IMG/VR virus record: IMGVR_UViG_2531839665_000023
Strand: one strand, 5' to 3'
Source: a virus
Taxonomy: Duplodnaviria > Heunggongvirae > Uroviricota > Caudoviricetes
Length of the DNA stretch: 45,588 nt
Below, one piece after another: positions 8,095-16,497 of the stretch (position 1 is the stretch's first letter; each line of letters opens with the position of its first letter). Below the pieces are notes generated by a model. That model was not told the DNA's origin and did not search any database. It saw nothing but the letters and a program-made list of their open reading frames with translations. A program made the position numbers and the translations under genes.

Positions 8095-8927
8095 ACAGTT
8101 TAACGGCAAATAACCGTTTGTCGCAACAGCTGGTGGTCAGTGTCGCTGAACACCTGTTGTTACGGCATGAATGCAGATTACCAAATCACCTGGCTGTAAG
8201 TAACCACAGAGAACTTTACCTGACTGTGGGGGGCGAGTTGTGCGGGAACTTAACCGCTGGTTTCGTGACGGAAGAGGGCTTTATGTCCATGTTATTCGTT
8301 GGGAACCAGAAACACAGCGCGTTATCTATCTTCGCAAAGACTACCCGCATGAGTGCTTTAGTCCTTTGTGGAAATTCAGGCGTGATTTTGTTGAGTGTGA
8401 AGGACCACCAGCACATTGATTCTGCCATTCCGGGACGTTACACTGTTCAGGCACCTTATAAAGCGGGTGCCGGGATTGGCGTCCTGGAATTGATCAAGGC
8501 GATATATGACGCGCCAGCGTCTTTTTTATCGTCCGCATTTGCTCACATCAAAGTTATGGTGGGCTGGGCGGGGGCATCGAAAGATGCGCCGGTTTCCTTG
8601 ATCACCGGTTACGCCAACCCCGTTCAGTTCACCACCAGCGAAATTGGCGTTTCCGGTGGTGGAAGTATTTCACCGATCAAGGAGGCTGCCATCATGGCTA
8701 CTGTCCCAGCCCTCACTCGTCTGAATGATGAAGACTTACATAAACTCAGTTATGTAACAACTGCACTACGTGCTCTGCGCAAGGTAACTCTTTCGGATCC
8801 GCAGGCGCATCAGGTTCTGGTAGAAACCCTTCTTAACTTGCAGGCTGAACGTATCCGTTTGGTGGATAAGGCTAATTTTCATATTCACCGTCTCCTGAAT
8901 ATCAGCGGAGGGCATCGTCATGCTTAA
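8091..8927 (+). CDS. Hypothetical protein; ORF of doubtful extent
   Basis: Track ORF; N-terminal third is low-complexity and an alternative frame (8240-8419) reads more protein-like; C-terminal part more convincing. Confidence 0.35.
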   Translation: MNSLTANNRLSQQLVVSVAEHLLLRHECRLPNHLAVSNHRELYLTVGGELCGNLTAGFVTEEGFMSMLFVGNQKHSALSIFAKTTRMSALVLCGNSGVILLSVKDHQHIDSAIPGRYTVQAPYKAGAGIGVLELIKAIYDAPASFLSSAFAHIKVMVGWAGASKDAPVSLITGYANPVQFTTSEIGVSGGGSISPIKEAAIMATVPALTRLNDEDLHKLSYVTTALRALRKVTLSDPQAHQVLVETLLNLQAERIRLVDKANFHIHRLLNISGGHRHA

Positions 8928-9156
8928 TCCGTTGAGCCTCAATATTCGCCGTTTACTTCAGCGTAAAAAAACATCAATTCCTACAGTTGGGCAGTGGTAC
9001 ACCACGCCTGCAGGGCATGTTCTACGTGTTAGCCTGGTTGACCGTGAATGTCAGAAAGTGATTTGTGAACCGCTGGGCCGTAATTACCGCGTCAGTATGC
9101 CGCTTATAGCCTTTCGCTCCGGAAAAAACACGAAGCATCTCGGAGGTGCTGCATGA
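8920..9156 (+). CDS. Hypothetical small phage protein
   Basis: 78-aa ORF coupled to the downstream replication gene. Confidence 0.45.
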   Translation: MLNPLSLNIRRLLQRKKTSIPTVGQWYTTPAGHVLRVSLVDRECQKVICEPLGRNYRVSMPLIAFRSGKNTKHLGGAA

Positions 9157-9959
9157 GTATGGAGCTGATGGTTAAAGCGATGAAAATTCGAGTGGGAAAT
9201 CCATTGCGAAAACTGGTTCTGATTAAGCTGGCTGATAATGCCAGCGATCAGGGCGAGTGCTGGCCCAGCTATCAGCATATCGCTGATCAGTGCGAGATTA
9301 GCAAACGTTCTGTGATGAATCATATTGCGGCCCTCTGTGAGTCCGGGCTGGTAAAAAAAGTCACCAGGAAAGGTGAAAAAGGTAACTCAAGTAATATCTA
9401 TCTTCTTCATCTTGATGGTGCAGGAGATTCACTAGGGGGTAGTGCAAATAATTCACTATCTGGTGCAGCAAATTCACCAGGTAGTGCAGGAGTTGCACCA
9501 GGGGGTAGTGCAGGAGATTCACCCAGAACCAGTCACTCTTTTGAACCAGTCAATGAACCAATAGCTGTTGGTGCATCTGCTGATGAGTCTGTGCGAGTTC
9601 GTTCAAACCGACCGGAATACTCTCCGGAGTTTGAGCAGGCATGGCTGGCATATCCCAAACGTGCTGGTGGCAATTCAAAATCTGCAGCCTTCAAAGCCTG
9701 GAAAGCCCGTTTGAATGAGGGGGTAAAACCCGAAACCATGCTGGAAGGTGTGAAACGCTACGCGGGCTGGGTATCTGCGATGGGTAACAGCGGCACACAA
9801 TTTGTGAAACAGGCTGTCACGTTCTTTGGTCCGGATCGTCATTTCGAAGAATCCTGGGAAGTTCCTGCGGTATCTGCAGCCAGACGCGAGGACCCGTACT
9901 TCAAAGCCAGTTACGACAACGTGGACTACAGCCAGATCCCGGCAGGATTCAGGGGGTAA
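9153..9959 (+). CDS. Replication initiation protein, O-like, N-terminal winged HTH
   Basis: HTH segment (SYQHIADQCEISKRSVMNHIAAL), Gly/Ser-rich linker encoded by iteron-like repeats, C-terminal replication-protein-like region. Confidence 0.75.
   Translation: MSMELMVKAMKIRVGNPLRKLVLIKLADNASDQGECWPSYQHIADQCEISKRSVMNHIAALCESGLVKKVTRKGEKGNSSNIYLLHLDGAGDSLGGSANNSLSGAANSPGSAGVAPGGSAGDSPRTSHSFEPVNEPIAVGASADESVRVRSNRPEYSPEFEQAWLAYPKRAGGNSKSAAFKAWKARLNEGVKPETMLEGVKRYAGWVSAMGNSGTQFVKQAVTFFGPDRHFEESWEVPAVSAARREDPYFKASYDNVDYSQIPAGFRG
9418..9525 (+). repeat. Five imperfect ~21-bp direct repeats (iteron-like) inside the initiator gene; candidate origin
   Basis: GGTGCAGGAGATTCACTAGGG / GGTAGTGCAAATAATTCACT / GGTGCAGCAAATTCACCAGGT / AGTGCAGGAGTTGCACCAGGG / GGTAGTGCAGGAGATTCACCC, followed by GAACCAGTCA repeats. 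Confidence 0.6.
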
Positions 9960-9961
9960 TC

Positions 9962-10450
9962 ATGAGTCTTTTGAATGAAGTTCAGAAATTCATTGAAGCC
10001 CATCCGGGGTGTACTTCCGGAGACATTGCGGATGCTTTTGCTGGTTACTCACGGCAGCGCGTTCTGCAGTCAGCAAGCAAGTTACGTCAGAGTGGGCGTG
10101 TGGCTCACCGTTGTGAAGGGGATACACGCAGACATTTCCCGCGCCTGACTGAGAGAGCACAGGAGCCGGAACCACAACCAGTTCGTGAAACCAGACCTGT
10201 GCGCAATTTCTATGTCGGCACTAACGATCCCCGTGTGATTTTGTGCCTGACCCGCCAGGCTGAAGAACTAGAGTCCAGGGGCTTATACCGTCGTGCTGCA
10301 ACGGTGTGGATGGCGGCATTCCGTGAAAGCCACTCCCAGCCAGAACGAAACAATTTTCTGGCGCGTCGTGAGCAGTGTTTACGGAAAAGCAGCAAGCGCG
10401 CTGTATCGGGTGATGAGTGGTATCTGTCAGGGAATTACGTGGGGGGTTAA
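9962..10450 (+). CDS. Putative regulator with PerC-like C-terminal region
   Basis: 162 aa; C-terminal segment LESRGLYRRAATVWMAAFRE resembles the PerC/Pch family as recalled. Confidence 0.45.
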   Translation: MSLLNEVQKFIEAHPGCTSGDIADAFAGYSRQRVLQSASKLRQSGRVAHRCEGDTRRHFPRLTERAQEPEPQPVRETRPVRNFYVGTNDPRVILCLTRQAEELESRGLYRRAATVWMAAFRESHSQPERNNFLARREQCLRKSSKRAVSGDEWYLSGNYVGG

Positions 10451-10776
10451 TGACGACGTTAACTCAATGCCAGCAGCAGGTGCTGGATATGCTGATTTCT
10501 TATCAGAAAGAACGTGGTTTCCCGCCAACCAATCAGGAGGTGGCAGCCATGCTGGGATACCGTTCGGTGAATGCAGCGGTGGAGCATCTTCGCGCACTGG
10601 AGAAAAAAGGCGTCATCACGATAAAGCGTGGCGTGGCCCGGGGTATCACGCTTCATACCACAGTGAAGGACGACGACAGCGAGGCAGCCGGGATTATCCG
10701 CGCACTGCTTGCCGGTGAGGAAAACGCCAGGCTGCGTGCAACTCACTGGTTACATGAGAGGGGCCTGAAAGTATGA
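10450..10776 (+). CDS. LexA N-terminal DNA-binding-domain homologue lacking the S24 peptidase domain
   Basis: 108 aa from the ATG at 10450; LTQCQQQVLDMLISYQKERGFPPTNQEVAAMLGYRSVNAAVEHLRALEKKGVI aligns with the LexA winged-helix domain; no Ala-Gly/Ser/Lys cleavage module. Confidence 0.75.
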   Translation: MTTLTQCQQQVLDMLISYQKERGFPPTNQEVAAMLGYRSVNAAVEHLRALEKKGVITIKRGVARGITLHTTVKDDDSEAAGIIRALLAGEENARLRATHWLHERGLKV

Positions 10777-11162
10777 AGCTTATCCTGCCTTTCCCGCCCA
10801 GCGTGAACACTTACTGGCGACACCCTAACAAAGGGGCGTTTGCAGGTAAGAGCCTGATAAGCGCGGCGGGGCGAAAATTCCAGAGCGCGGCGTGCGCAGC
10901 AATAGTTGAGCAGTTACGTCGTCTGCCGAAACCAACGTCGGCACCTGCTTCAGTGGAGATCGTGTTGTTTCCTCCGGATAACAGGATCCGCGATCTGGAT
11001 AACTATAACAAGGCGCTGTTTGACGCCCTGACCCACGCAGGTGTGTGGGAAGACGACAGCCAGGTGAAAAGAATGCTGGTGGAGTGGGGACCGGTTATCC
11101 CGGAAGGGAAGGTCGAGATCACTATCAGTAAGTACGAGAAAACGGCGGGTGCAGCCGCCTGA
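10773..11162 (+). CDS. rusA: RusA Holliday-junction resolvase
   Basis: 129 aa; RDLDNYNKALFDALTHAGVWEDDSQV catalytic-region signature. Confidence 0.9.
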   Translation: MKLILPFPPSVNTYWRHPNKGAFAGKSLISAAGRKFQSAACAAIVEQLRRLPKPTSAPASVEIVLFPPDNRIRDLDNYNKALFDALTHAGVWEDDSQVKRMLVEWGPVIPEGKVEITISKYEKTAGAAA

Positions 11163-11181
11163 TTAAGAGGAGAAACGAAGT

Positions 11182-11868
11182 ATGAATAATCTGATGGTCA
11201 TTGATGGTATTGAAGTTCGTCGTGATGCTTATGGACGTTACAGCCTGAACGATCTGCATCGTGCCGCAGTAGCATCTGGTGCAAATGCCAGAACGAAGGA
11301 GCCGGGAAAGTTTCTTTCCAGCCAACAGACTGTTGAACTTGTTCGGGAATTGACCGATACCCAAAATTTGGGTGTCGGTCCGGTTAATACAGTTCGTGGT
11401 GGTCCTAAGCAGGGGAGTTATGTCTGCAAGGAACTGGTGTATGCCTATGCAATGTGGATCAGTCCGTCATTCCATCTGAAGGTGATCCGTACTTTCGATA
11501 TGGTAGTCAGTGCACCGGAAAAATTATCCGGGCAGGCTGCTGACAAGATGCAGGCAGGTGTGATTCTGCTGGACTTTATGCGTCGGGAGTTAAACCTGTC
11601 TAACTCATCTGTGCTTGGGGCCTGTCAGAAACTCCAGGAGGCTGTTGGCTTACCGAATCTGGCACCGCGCTATGCCATTGATGCTCCTGCTGATGCACAC
11701 GATGGCTCAAGTCGCCCCACGCTGTCGCTGAGTGCACTGCTGAGGCAGTATGGTATCCGCCTGACGGCTAATCAGGCATATCACCAGATGGTGAAGCTGG
11801 GGATCGTTGAACAACGCGAACGATACAGCCGTACCGCGATTAACAACATCAAAAATTCTGGTCGCTGA
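11182..11868 (+). CDS. KilA-N domain protein (antirepressor-like)
   Basis: N-terminal KilA-N-type sequence (YSLNDLHRA...VYAYAMWISPSFHLKVI). Confidence 0.75.
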   Translation: MNNLMVIDGIEVRRDAYGRYSLNDLHRAAVASGANARTKEPGKFLSSQQTVELVRELTDTQNLGVGPVNTVRGGPKQGSYVCKELVYAYAMWISPSFHLKVIRTFDMVVSAPEKLSGQAADKMQAGVILLDFMRRELNLSNSSVLGACQKLQEAVGLPNLAPRYAIDAPADAHDGSSRPTLSLSALLRQYGIRLTANQAYHQMVKLGIVEQRERYSRTAINNIKNSGR

Positions 11869-11991
11869 CGGCGAAAGGCTGCATGTTCGGCAAGAACATC
11901 ACCAGTCCTGCAAATCCGCGCGAGACGCAGCCGCATTTCTTCGAATCCCGATTCCCTGAGCTGTTAAAGCTGCTCGATACCGTTCATTGAG

Positions 11992-12987
11992 GTGACCGTG
12001 AGAGCACTACTGACCCCTGAAATTGCCCCGCGTATGGGGATCGTATTGTTCAGGCCAGGTTCAGAGCTGATGCCCCTGTTTATGCAGGGGCGTGTCCTGC
12101 TGGAGCCTGAGCCGGAACGTTATTCATCTTTCGCCAGTGGTGCCGTTCCGGCGGCATCACAACCGCTGGCGGATGATCCTGCCGTTCGGGCCGTGTTCCG
12201 CAATGAGGCAGTGATCCGTCGTGCTGGTGGCGTGGAATGCCTTGAAAGCTGGTTACTTCGTGAAAAGGGCTGTCAGTGGCCTCATTCCGACTGGCACAGC
12301 GAGAACATGACCACAATGCGACACGCGCCGGGCGCAATCCGTCTGTGCTGGCACTGCGATAACCAGCTGCGTGATCAGTTCACGGAACGGCTGGAGTCAA
12401 TGGCAACGGATAACTGTGCCCGCTGGGTGTTGTCTGTCGTGCGTCGGGATCTCGGTTTTGATGACAGTCACGTTGTGACAATGCCGGAACTGTGCTGGTG
12501 GCTGGTTCGTAATGATTTGGCGGATGCCTTACCGGAAAGTGCAGCCCGTAAGGCACTGAGATTACCGAAGCCTGTTGTGCCATCTGTCACCCGGGAAAGT
12601 GACCTTGTGCCTTCGGTTCCTGCCACCAGCATCATCCAGGATAAAGCGAAAAAGGTGCTGGTGCTGAAAGTGGATCCGGAGTCGCCGGAGTCTTTTATGT
12701 TACGCCCCAAACGTCGCCGCTGGGTTAATGAAAAGTACACGCGCTGGGTTAAGACGCAGCCGTGCGCATGTTGTGGAAAGCCAGCTGATGATCCCCACCA
12801 CCTGATAGGCCACGGTCAGGGTGGAATGGGTACAAAAGCGCATGATCTCTTTGTGTTGCCTTTGTGCAGAAAGCATCACGACGAGCTGCATGCGGATACC
12901 GTGACATTTGAAGAGAAGTATGGCTCCCAACTGGAGCTGATATTTCGTTTTATCGATCGTGCGCTGGCAATTGGCGTACTGGCGTAA
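11992..12987 (+). CDS. DUF968-family nin-region protein
   Basis: C-terminal Cys/His cluster (CACCGKPADDPHHL...CRKHHDELH); GTG start per track. Confidence 0.7.
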   Translation: MTVRALLTPEIAPRMGIVLFRPGSELMPLFMQGRVLLEPEPERYSSFASGAVPAASQPLADDPAVRAVFRNEAVIRRAGGVECLESWLLREKGCQWPHSDWHSENMTTMRHAPGAIRLCWHCDNQLRDQFTERLESMATDNCARWVLSVVRRDLGFDDSHVVTMPELCWWLVRNDLADALPESAARKALRLPKPVVPSVTRESDLVPSVPATSIIQDKAKKVLVLKVDPESPESFMLRPKRRRWVNEKYTRWVKTQPCACCGKPADDPHHLIGHGQGGMGTKAHDLFVLPLCRKHHDELHADTVTFEEKYGSQLELIFRFIDRALAIGVLA

Positions 12988-13000
12988 GTGGAGAACGAGC

Positions 13001-13753
13001 ATGAACCTTGAAGCCTTACCAAAATATTACTCCCCAAAATCTCCAAAATTGAGTGATGCCGCACCGGCGACAGGCTCAGGTGGTTTAACGATTACGGATG
13101 TGATGGCTGCGCAGGGGATGGTGCAGTCGAAAGCACCGCTTGGGTTTGCCTTATTCCTGGCAAAAGCTGGCGTTCAGGATCCTCAGTTTGCGATTGAAGG
13201 TCTGCTCAATTACGCGATGGCACTGGATAACCCGACATTGAACAAATTGAGTGAAGAAATCCGGTTACAGATCATCCCTTACCTTGTGAGTTTTGCCTTT
13301 GCTGATTATTCCAGGTCTGCGGCAAGTAAGGCTCGCTGTGAGCCTTGTGCTGGTACTGGATTTCATAATGTATTGCGCGAAGTGGTGAAATACTCCAGAA
13401 GCGGGGAGTCTGTTATCAAGGAAGAGTGGGTGAAGGAACTATGTCAGCATTGTCATGGTAAGGGAGAAGTCAGCACAGCGTGCAGAGGGTGTAAGGGTAA
13501 AGGTATTGTCCTGGATGAAAAAAGGACCCGGCTTCATGGCGCGCCTGTTTATAAGATTTGTGGGCGTTGCAATGGAAACCGGTTTAGTCGTTTACCAACG
13601 ACACTGGCGCGGTGTCATGTCCAGAAGCTGGTACCAGACCTGACTGATTATCAGTGGTACAAAGGATATGCAGATGTCATTGATAAACTGGTTACAAAGT
13701 GCTGGCAGGAAGAAGCATATGCTGAGGTGCAATTAAGAAAAGTGACGAGATAA
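13001..13753 (+). CDS. Q-like late-gene antiterminator
   Basis: Multiple CxxC pairs (CEPCAGTG, CQHCHGKG, CRGCKGKG, CGRCNGNR); last nin-region gene before the lysis region; start at ATG with GGAG upstream. Confidence 0.6.
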   Translation: MNLEALPKYYSPKSPKLSDAAPATGSGGLTITDVMAAQGMVQSKAPLGFALFLAKAGVQDPQFAIEGLLNYAMALDNPTLNKLSEEIRLQIIPYLVSFAFADYSRSAASKARCEPCAGTGFHNVLREVVKYSRSGESVIKEEWVKELCQHCHGKGEVSTACRGCKGKGIVLDEKRTRLHGAPVYKICGRCNGNRFSRLPTTLARCHVQKLVPDLTDYQWYKGYADVIDKLVTKCWQEEAYAEVQLRKVTR

Positions 13754-13784
13754 ATGATTTTCGCCGAAGATGGCGACGTAATGC

Positions 13785-13813
13785 TTGCATTTTTCAAAAA
13801 ATATGGATAAAAT
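13785..13813 (+). promoter_or_regulatory. Candidate late promoter PR' (-35 TTGCAT, 17-nt spacer, -10 TAAAAT)
   Basis: Read directly downstream of the Q stop; the -10 overlaps the IS903 target duplication. Confidence 0.4.
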
Positions 13814-13817
13814 TCTT
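13809..13817. repeat. IS903 target-site duplication, left copy (AAAATTCTT)
   Basis: Identical 9-mer at 14875-14883. Confidence 0.85.
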
Positions 13818-14874
13818 GGCTTTGTTGAATAAATCGAACTTTTGCTGAGTTGAAGGATCAGATCACGCATCTTCCCGACAACGCAGACCGTTCCGTGGCA
13901 AAGCAAAAGTTCAAAATCACCAACTGGCCCACCTACAATAAAGCCCTCATCAACCGTGGCTCCATAACTTTCTGGCTGGATGATGAAGCTATTCAGGCCT
14001 GGTATGAGTCAGCAACACCTTCTTCACGAGGCAGACCTCAGCGCTATTCTGACCTTGCCATCACGACTGTGCTGGTCATTAAACGCGTATTCAGGCTGAC
14101 CCTGCGCGCTGCGCAGGGCTTTATTGATTCCATTTTTTCTCTGATGAACGTTCCGCTACGCTGCCCGGATTACAGCTGTGTCAGCAGGCGGGCAAAGTCG
14201 GTTAATGTCAGTTTCAAAACGTCCACCCGGGGTGAAATCGCACACCTGGTAATTGATTCCACCGGGCTGAAGGTCTTCGGTGAAGGCGAGTGGAAAGTCA
14301 AAAAGCATGGCCAGGAACGCCGCCGTATCTGGCGTAAGCTGCATCTCGCCGTTGACAGTAAAACACATGAAATCATCTGCGCTGACCTGTCGCTGAACAA
14401 TGTTACGGACTCAGAGGCCTTCCCCGGGTTAATCCGGCAAACCCACCGGAAAATCAGGTCAGCCGCCGCCGATGGCGCTTACGATACCCGGCTATGTCAC
14501 GATGAACTGCGGCGTAAGAAAATCAGCGCGCTTATCCCTCCCCGAAAAGGTGCGGGTTACTGGCCCGGTGAATATGCAGACCGTAACCGTGCAGTGGCTA
14601 ATCAGCGAATGACCGGGAGTAATGCGCGGTGGAAATGGACAACAGATTACAACCGTCGCTCGATAGCGGAAACGGCGATGTACCGGGTAAAACAGCTGTT
14701 CGGGGGTTCACTGACGCTGCGTGACTACGATGGTCAGGTTGCGGAGGCTATGGCCCTGGTACGAGCGCTGAACAAAATGACGAAAGCAGGTATGCCTGAA
14801 AGCGTGCGTATTGCCTGAAAACACAACCCGCTACGGGGGAGACTTACCCGAAATCTGATTTATTCAACAAAGCC
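13818..14874 (+). mobile_element. IS903 (IS5 family) insertion sequence, intact
   Basis: 1057 bp; 18-bp terminal inverted repeats GGCTTTGTTGAATAAATC at both ends; single transposase ORF; flanked by 9-bp direct repeats. Confidence 0.93.
13850..14818 (+). CDS. IS903 transposase (DDE, IS5 family)
   Basis: 322-aa track ORF entirely within the IS; sequence character matches IS903 transposase as recalled. Confidence 0.9.
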   Translation: MKDQITHLPDNADRSVAKQKFKITNWPTYNKALINRGSITFWLDDEAIQAWYESATPSSRGRPQRYSDLAITTVLVIKRVFRLTLRAAQGFIDSIFSLMNVPLRCPDYSCVSRRAKSVNVSFKTSTRGEIAHLVIDSTGLKVFGEGEWKVKKHGQERRRIWRKLHLAVDSKTHEIICADLSLNNVTDSEAFPGLIRQTHRKIRSAAADGAYDTRLCHDELRRKKISALIPPRKGAGYWPGEYADRNRAVANQRMTGSNARWKWTTDYNRRSIAETAMYRVKQLFGGSLTLRDYDGQVAEAMALVRALNKMTKAGMPESVRIA

Positions 14875-14883
14875 AAAATTCTT
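14875..14883. repeat. IS903 target-site duplication, right copy (AAAATTCTT)
   Basis: Identical to 13809-13817. Confidence 0.85.
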
Positions 14884-14925
14884 TCAACGATGGGCTTTAT
14901 ATACCCGACGTTAAGAAAAAGTAGA

Positions 14926-14950
14926 AAACCCGCTGATGAGCGGGTTTTTG
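14926..14950 (+). terminator. Intrinsic terminator (tR'-like)
   Basis: CCCGC-TGATGA-GCGGG followed by TTTTT. Confidence 0.7.
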
Positions 14951-15234
14951 TGCTTTAAATAGGGTAATAGAGATGTTGAATCTCATTCCGGGATTCATGT
15001 TTGTTTACTTATTATTTATCGGGTGACTTTGCCTGATGTTTAAAATGTTTTCTTCCAGTACTATGTCCCTAGATACAATGAGTCTGCATATTACATTATT
15101 AGCAGAGCTATTACGGTCAAAGTACAGCATAAGCTTTTAAAGCCAATCAACCAGTCATCAAGACAGACGGGGTTATTCATGAAAACTCTCCATGTTTGAT
15201 TCGATGGGGCCTGAAATTAAAGCTTTAATATAGC

Positions 15235-15447
15235 TCATGAAAGGTAAACATTGGCAGCTGAAGGGCCACGCAGACCATTTATCCGGCAAAATTCCACGCG
15301 TAATCCGGTGGTAATTTCTTCTGCATCGCGGAGATTGAGCGCTGAAACATGAAGCTGGACATCGATACGACCATCGGATGGGGTGATAAGACCCTTGCCG
15401 CTTTTGCCGTCAAAGGTTTTGACAATTCCTGTCATTTTACGGGACAA
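15235..15447 (-). CDS. cspF: Cold-shock-domain protein, CspF/CspH-like
   Basis: 70 aa; CSD fold sequence [21 protein letters not shown]...[13 protein letters not shown]. Confidence 0.85.
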
Positions 15448-15747
15448 AAAAATTCCTTAATACTGATAACTGGGCGCACTATACACACGTTCCTGAAGAA
15501 AGCTATAGTTTTTTGATGGGGTTGAAGATGGCTGGATGTCTAAAATAAACATTGCTTCATATGTTCAACTATGCGTTAATGATTGCGTCGGTTTGAAGAA
15601 CAGACGATATACGAAGTAGTTTACTAAAGCAGTTCTCATTTCAGGTGTTATTCACTTATTCCTTCTTTGAGTCTCTCCAATTAAGTACGAAGTCGTTTCT
15701 GTTATACAAGCCATTTATGCCGAAAGGCTCAAGTTAAGGAATGTAGA

Positions 15748-15963
15748 ATGTCAAATAAAATGACTGGTTTAGTAAAATGGTTTAACGCTGATAAAGGTTT
15801 TGGCTTTATTTCTCCTGTTGATGGTAGTAAAGATGTGTTTGTGCATTTTTCTGCGATTCAGAATGATAATTTTCGAACCTTATTTGAAGGTCAAAAGGTT
15901 ACCTTCTCTGTAGAGAGTGGTGCTAAAGGTCCTGCAGCAGCAAATGTCATAATTACTGATTAA
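15748..15963 (+). CDS. cspB: Cold-shock protein, CspB-like
   Basis: 71 aa; [21 protein letters not shown] with RNP motifs; csp-type leader with GCCGAAAGGC box before the Shine-Dalgarno. Confidence 0.9.
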   Translation: MSNKMTGLVKWFNADKGFGFISPVDGSKDVFVHFSAIQNDNFRTLFEGQKVTFSVESGAKGPAAANVIITD

Positions 15964-16245
15964 AATTCATAGTTTGTCTGTATACGATAACGAAGAAGGC
16001 TGATGCCTGAGTGGAGATACAGACTGAGTGGTGAATATTGGATCTCTTTAATAAATAGTAAGGAGGTCCAATACATGAAACAATGGCCAGCATATTTGGC
16101 AATAACTTAATCAGGAAAAGTATGCTAACCATTGTGGTGAAGTGCAGGTTTGCTGCATGAATAGTTTTACAGCAGAAGCTAACTGCTGGCATAGCAAAAC
16201 AAAGTGCGTAAGTGGATGACTCCCACAAAAAGTACCACAATATTA

Positions 16246-16268
16246 AACCCGCTCAGGCGGGTTTTTTA
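16246..16268 (+). terminator. Intrinsic terminator
   Basis: CCCGC-TCAG-GCGGG followed by TTTTTT. Confidence 0.7.
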
Positions 16269-16326
16269 TTATCTGCTTTAAATATGTTATTAAAATATAA
16301 AAAATACTTGTTACGAATAAAATCAA

Positions 16327-16497
16327 TCAAGCTACAGCTTTAAGATTTGTCTGGAATACTTTGTTGCAATGAGGGCAGATCAAAAGGGCACCTTTTTGTA
16401 CTCTTGAAAAACTGTGTTCTGACTCTTGGGTGCAGTTTGGGCAGGAACATTTAACGAGATAATTACGGCGTGATTTTGAGTCTTTACGTTCTGACAT
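16327..16497 (-). CDS. Small zinc-ribbon-like protein
   Basis: 56 aa from internal ATG (MSERKDSKSRRNYLVKCSCPNC...CPHCNK); AGGA upstream; palindrome CTGTATA-N8-TATACAG just 5' of it. Confidence 0.45.
   Translation of the reverse strand: MSERKDSKSRRNYLVKCSCPNCTQESEHSFSRVQKGALLICPHCNKVFQTNLKAVA

Noticed and set aside
9418-9525. Direct repeat array considered as a possible CRISPR
   Set aside because: Repeats are contiguous without spacers, lie inside a coding frame and fit phage origin iterons; no cas genes
15953-16240. 95-aa minus-strand ORF in the cspB 3' region
   Set aside because: Hydrophobic low-complexity product, no ribosome-binding site, overlaps the cspB terminator region
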